From: Bdellovibrionota bacterium
Lineage (GTDB): Bacteria > Bdellovibrionota > UBA1018 > UBA923
Direction: 5' to 3'
DNA: 48,408 nucleotides
Assembly (NCBI GenBank): GCA_040754655.1
Contig: JBFMCE010000013.1
Location: 1 to 48,408, forward strand
The position numbers were made by a program, and so were the translations under genes. The notes beneath the pieces were generated by a model that was not told where the DNA came from, made no database searches, and was given only the letters and a program-made list of their open reading frames with translations. Shown here piece by piece: positions 47,815 through 48,408 of this stretch. How positions within the stretch are numbered: the stretch's first letter is position 1; every line of letters begins with the position of its first letter.

Positions 47815-48408
47815 TCAAGCGGCGTTTCGATCTTTTTTCTTGGCCTTTTTTCGGTTGTGTCGATTAAGGAAAAAGATTTTGGCTTCTTCAGGCGAGCCTT
47901 TGTTCGATGCGCCTTTTTTTGGAAGCTCGGGAAGAAAACCCTGTCCCGTGGTGAGCAAACGCATTGCCCATCCGAAAAAATCGCGAACCCAATCAGGTCT
48001 TCGAGGCCGGGTCTCAAGACCAATGACCGCGAAGGTTTCAATGAGCTTCCTGATGGCCTTCTTTGCAGCGTGACCACCGTTCAAGAATTGGACCCCATAC
48101 CCTTTGACTTCGCTTCTTCCGCAATGAACCACATGCCCCACCACGCTCAAAGTACGGTCAAGAAATGAGATATCAAGGCGAACCACGTCACCTAAGAGCA
48201 ATGGCATCGCGGTTTTGATGAAGGCTCCACCTTCTGAAATATCAAGGATCGTGCACTTCTGGTTTAAGGTGCTTGAAGAAACGACGGCTTTGAGTTGAAC
48301 CAAGTACCTTGGCTTCGACTCCCACCAGCGCAGCCTCGGATTGAAATACGGGGCTCGCACGGCGCCAAGCAAGAAGTAGCTCACGAACACGATGTTCACG
48401 ACGTAAAG
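47815..48408 (-). CDS. PilZ-domain membrane protein (5' end outside the window)
   Basis: RWWESKPRY (RxxxR-like) and DISEGG motifs, YGVQF. Confidence 0.85.
   Translation of the reverse strand, partial: LYVVNIVFVSYFLLGAVRAPYFNPRLRWWESKPRYLVQLKAVVSSSTLNQKCTILDISEGGAFIKTAMPLLLGDVVRLDISFLDRTLSVVGHVVHCGRSEVKGYGVQFLNGGHAAKKAIRKLIETFAVIGLETRPRRPDWVRDFFGWAMRLLTTGQGFLPELPKKGASNKGSPEEAKIFFLNRHNRKKAKKKDRNAA

Noticed and set aside
1..48408. tRNA, rRNA or known riboswitches
   Set aside because: None recognised by eye. A covariance-model search (tRNAscan-SE, Rfam) would be needed to exclude them formally.

Overview
Bacterial chromosomal window of moderate GC, densely coding. Gene content (PilZ, RCC1-repeat lipoprotein, poly-HAMP kinase, many orphan secreted proteins) suggests Bdellovibrionota or a related deltaproteobacterial lineage; that assignment is inference only. 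I found no rRNA, tRNA or CRISPR array. From left to right: the N-terminus of a probable Y1/RAYT-like transposase with REP-like palindromes and a 7-bp tandem repeat; an amine/polyamine catabolic cluster; assorted housekeeping and secreted genes; a matrixin-beta-barrel fusion; an internally deleted nth; a GIY-YIG nuclease divergent from a sigma-like/small ORF/IrrE-peptidase triad; a Yej-like peptide ABC importer; a sensor kinase plus an A9-frameshifted OmpR-type regulator; a poly-HAMP hybrid kinase pair; an ABC-2 exporter; a catalytically degenerate phytochelatin synthase plus GST; an acyl-CoA dehydrogenase; a PilZ protein. The best candidate for an undescribed system is the minus-strand operon at 28683-31244: GNAT, an unannotated 10-aa ORF (MKKKFALVSV, strong RBS, followed by a terminator hairpin), a heme-oxygenase-like diiron enzyme and a stand-alone YcaO. 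It is flanked by XRE and XRE-V4R-like regulators and a two-component system, and looks like a minimal RiPP or peptide-signal locus. All family calls come from motif recognition by eye; no database searches were run.
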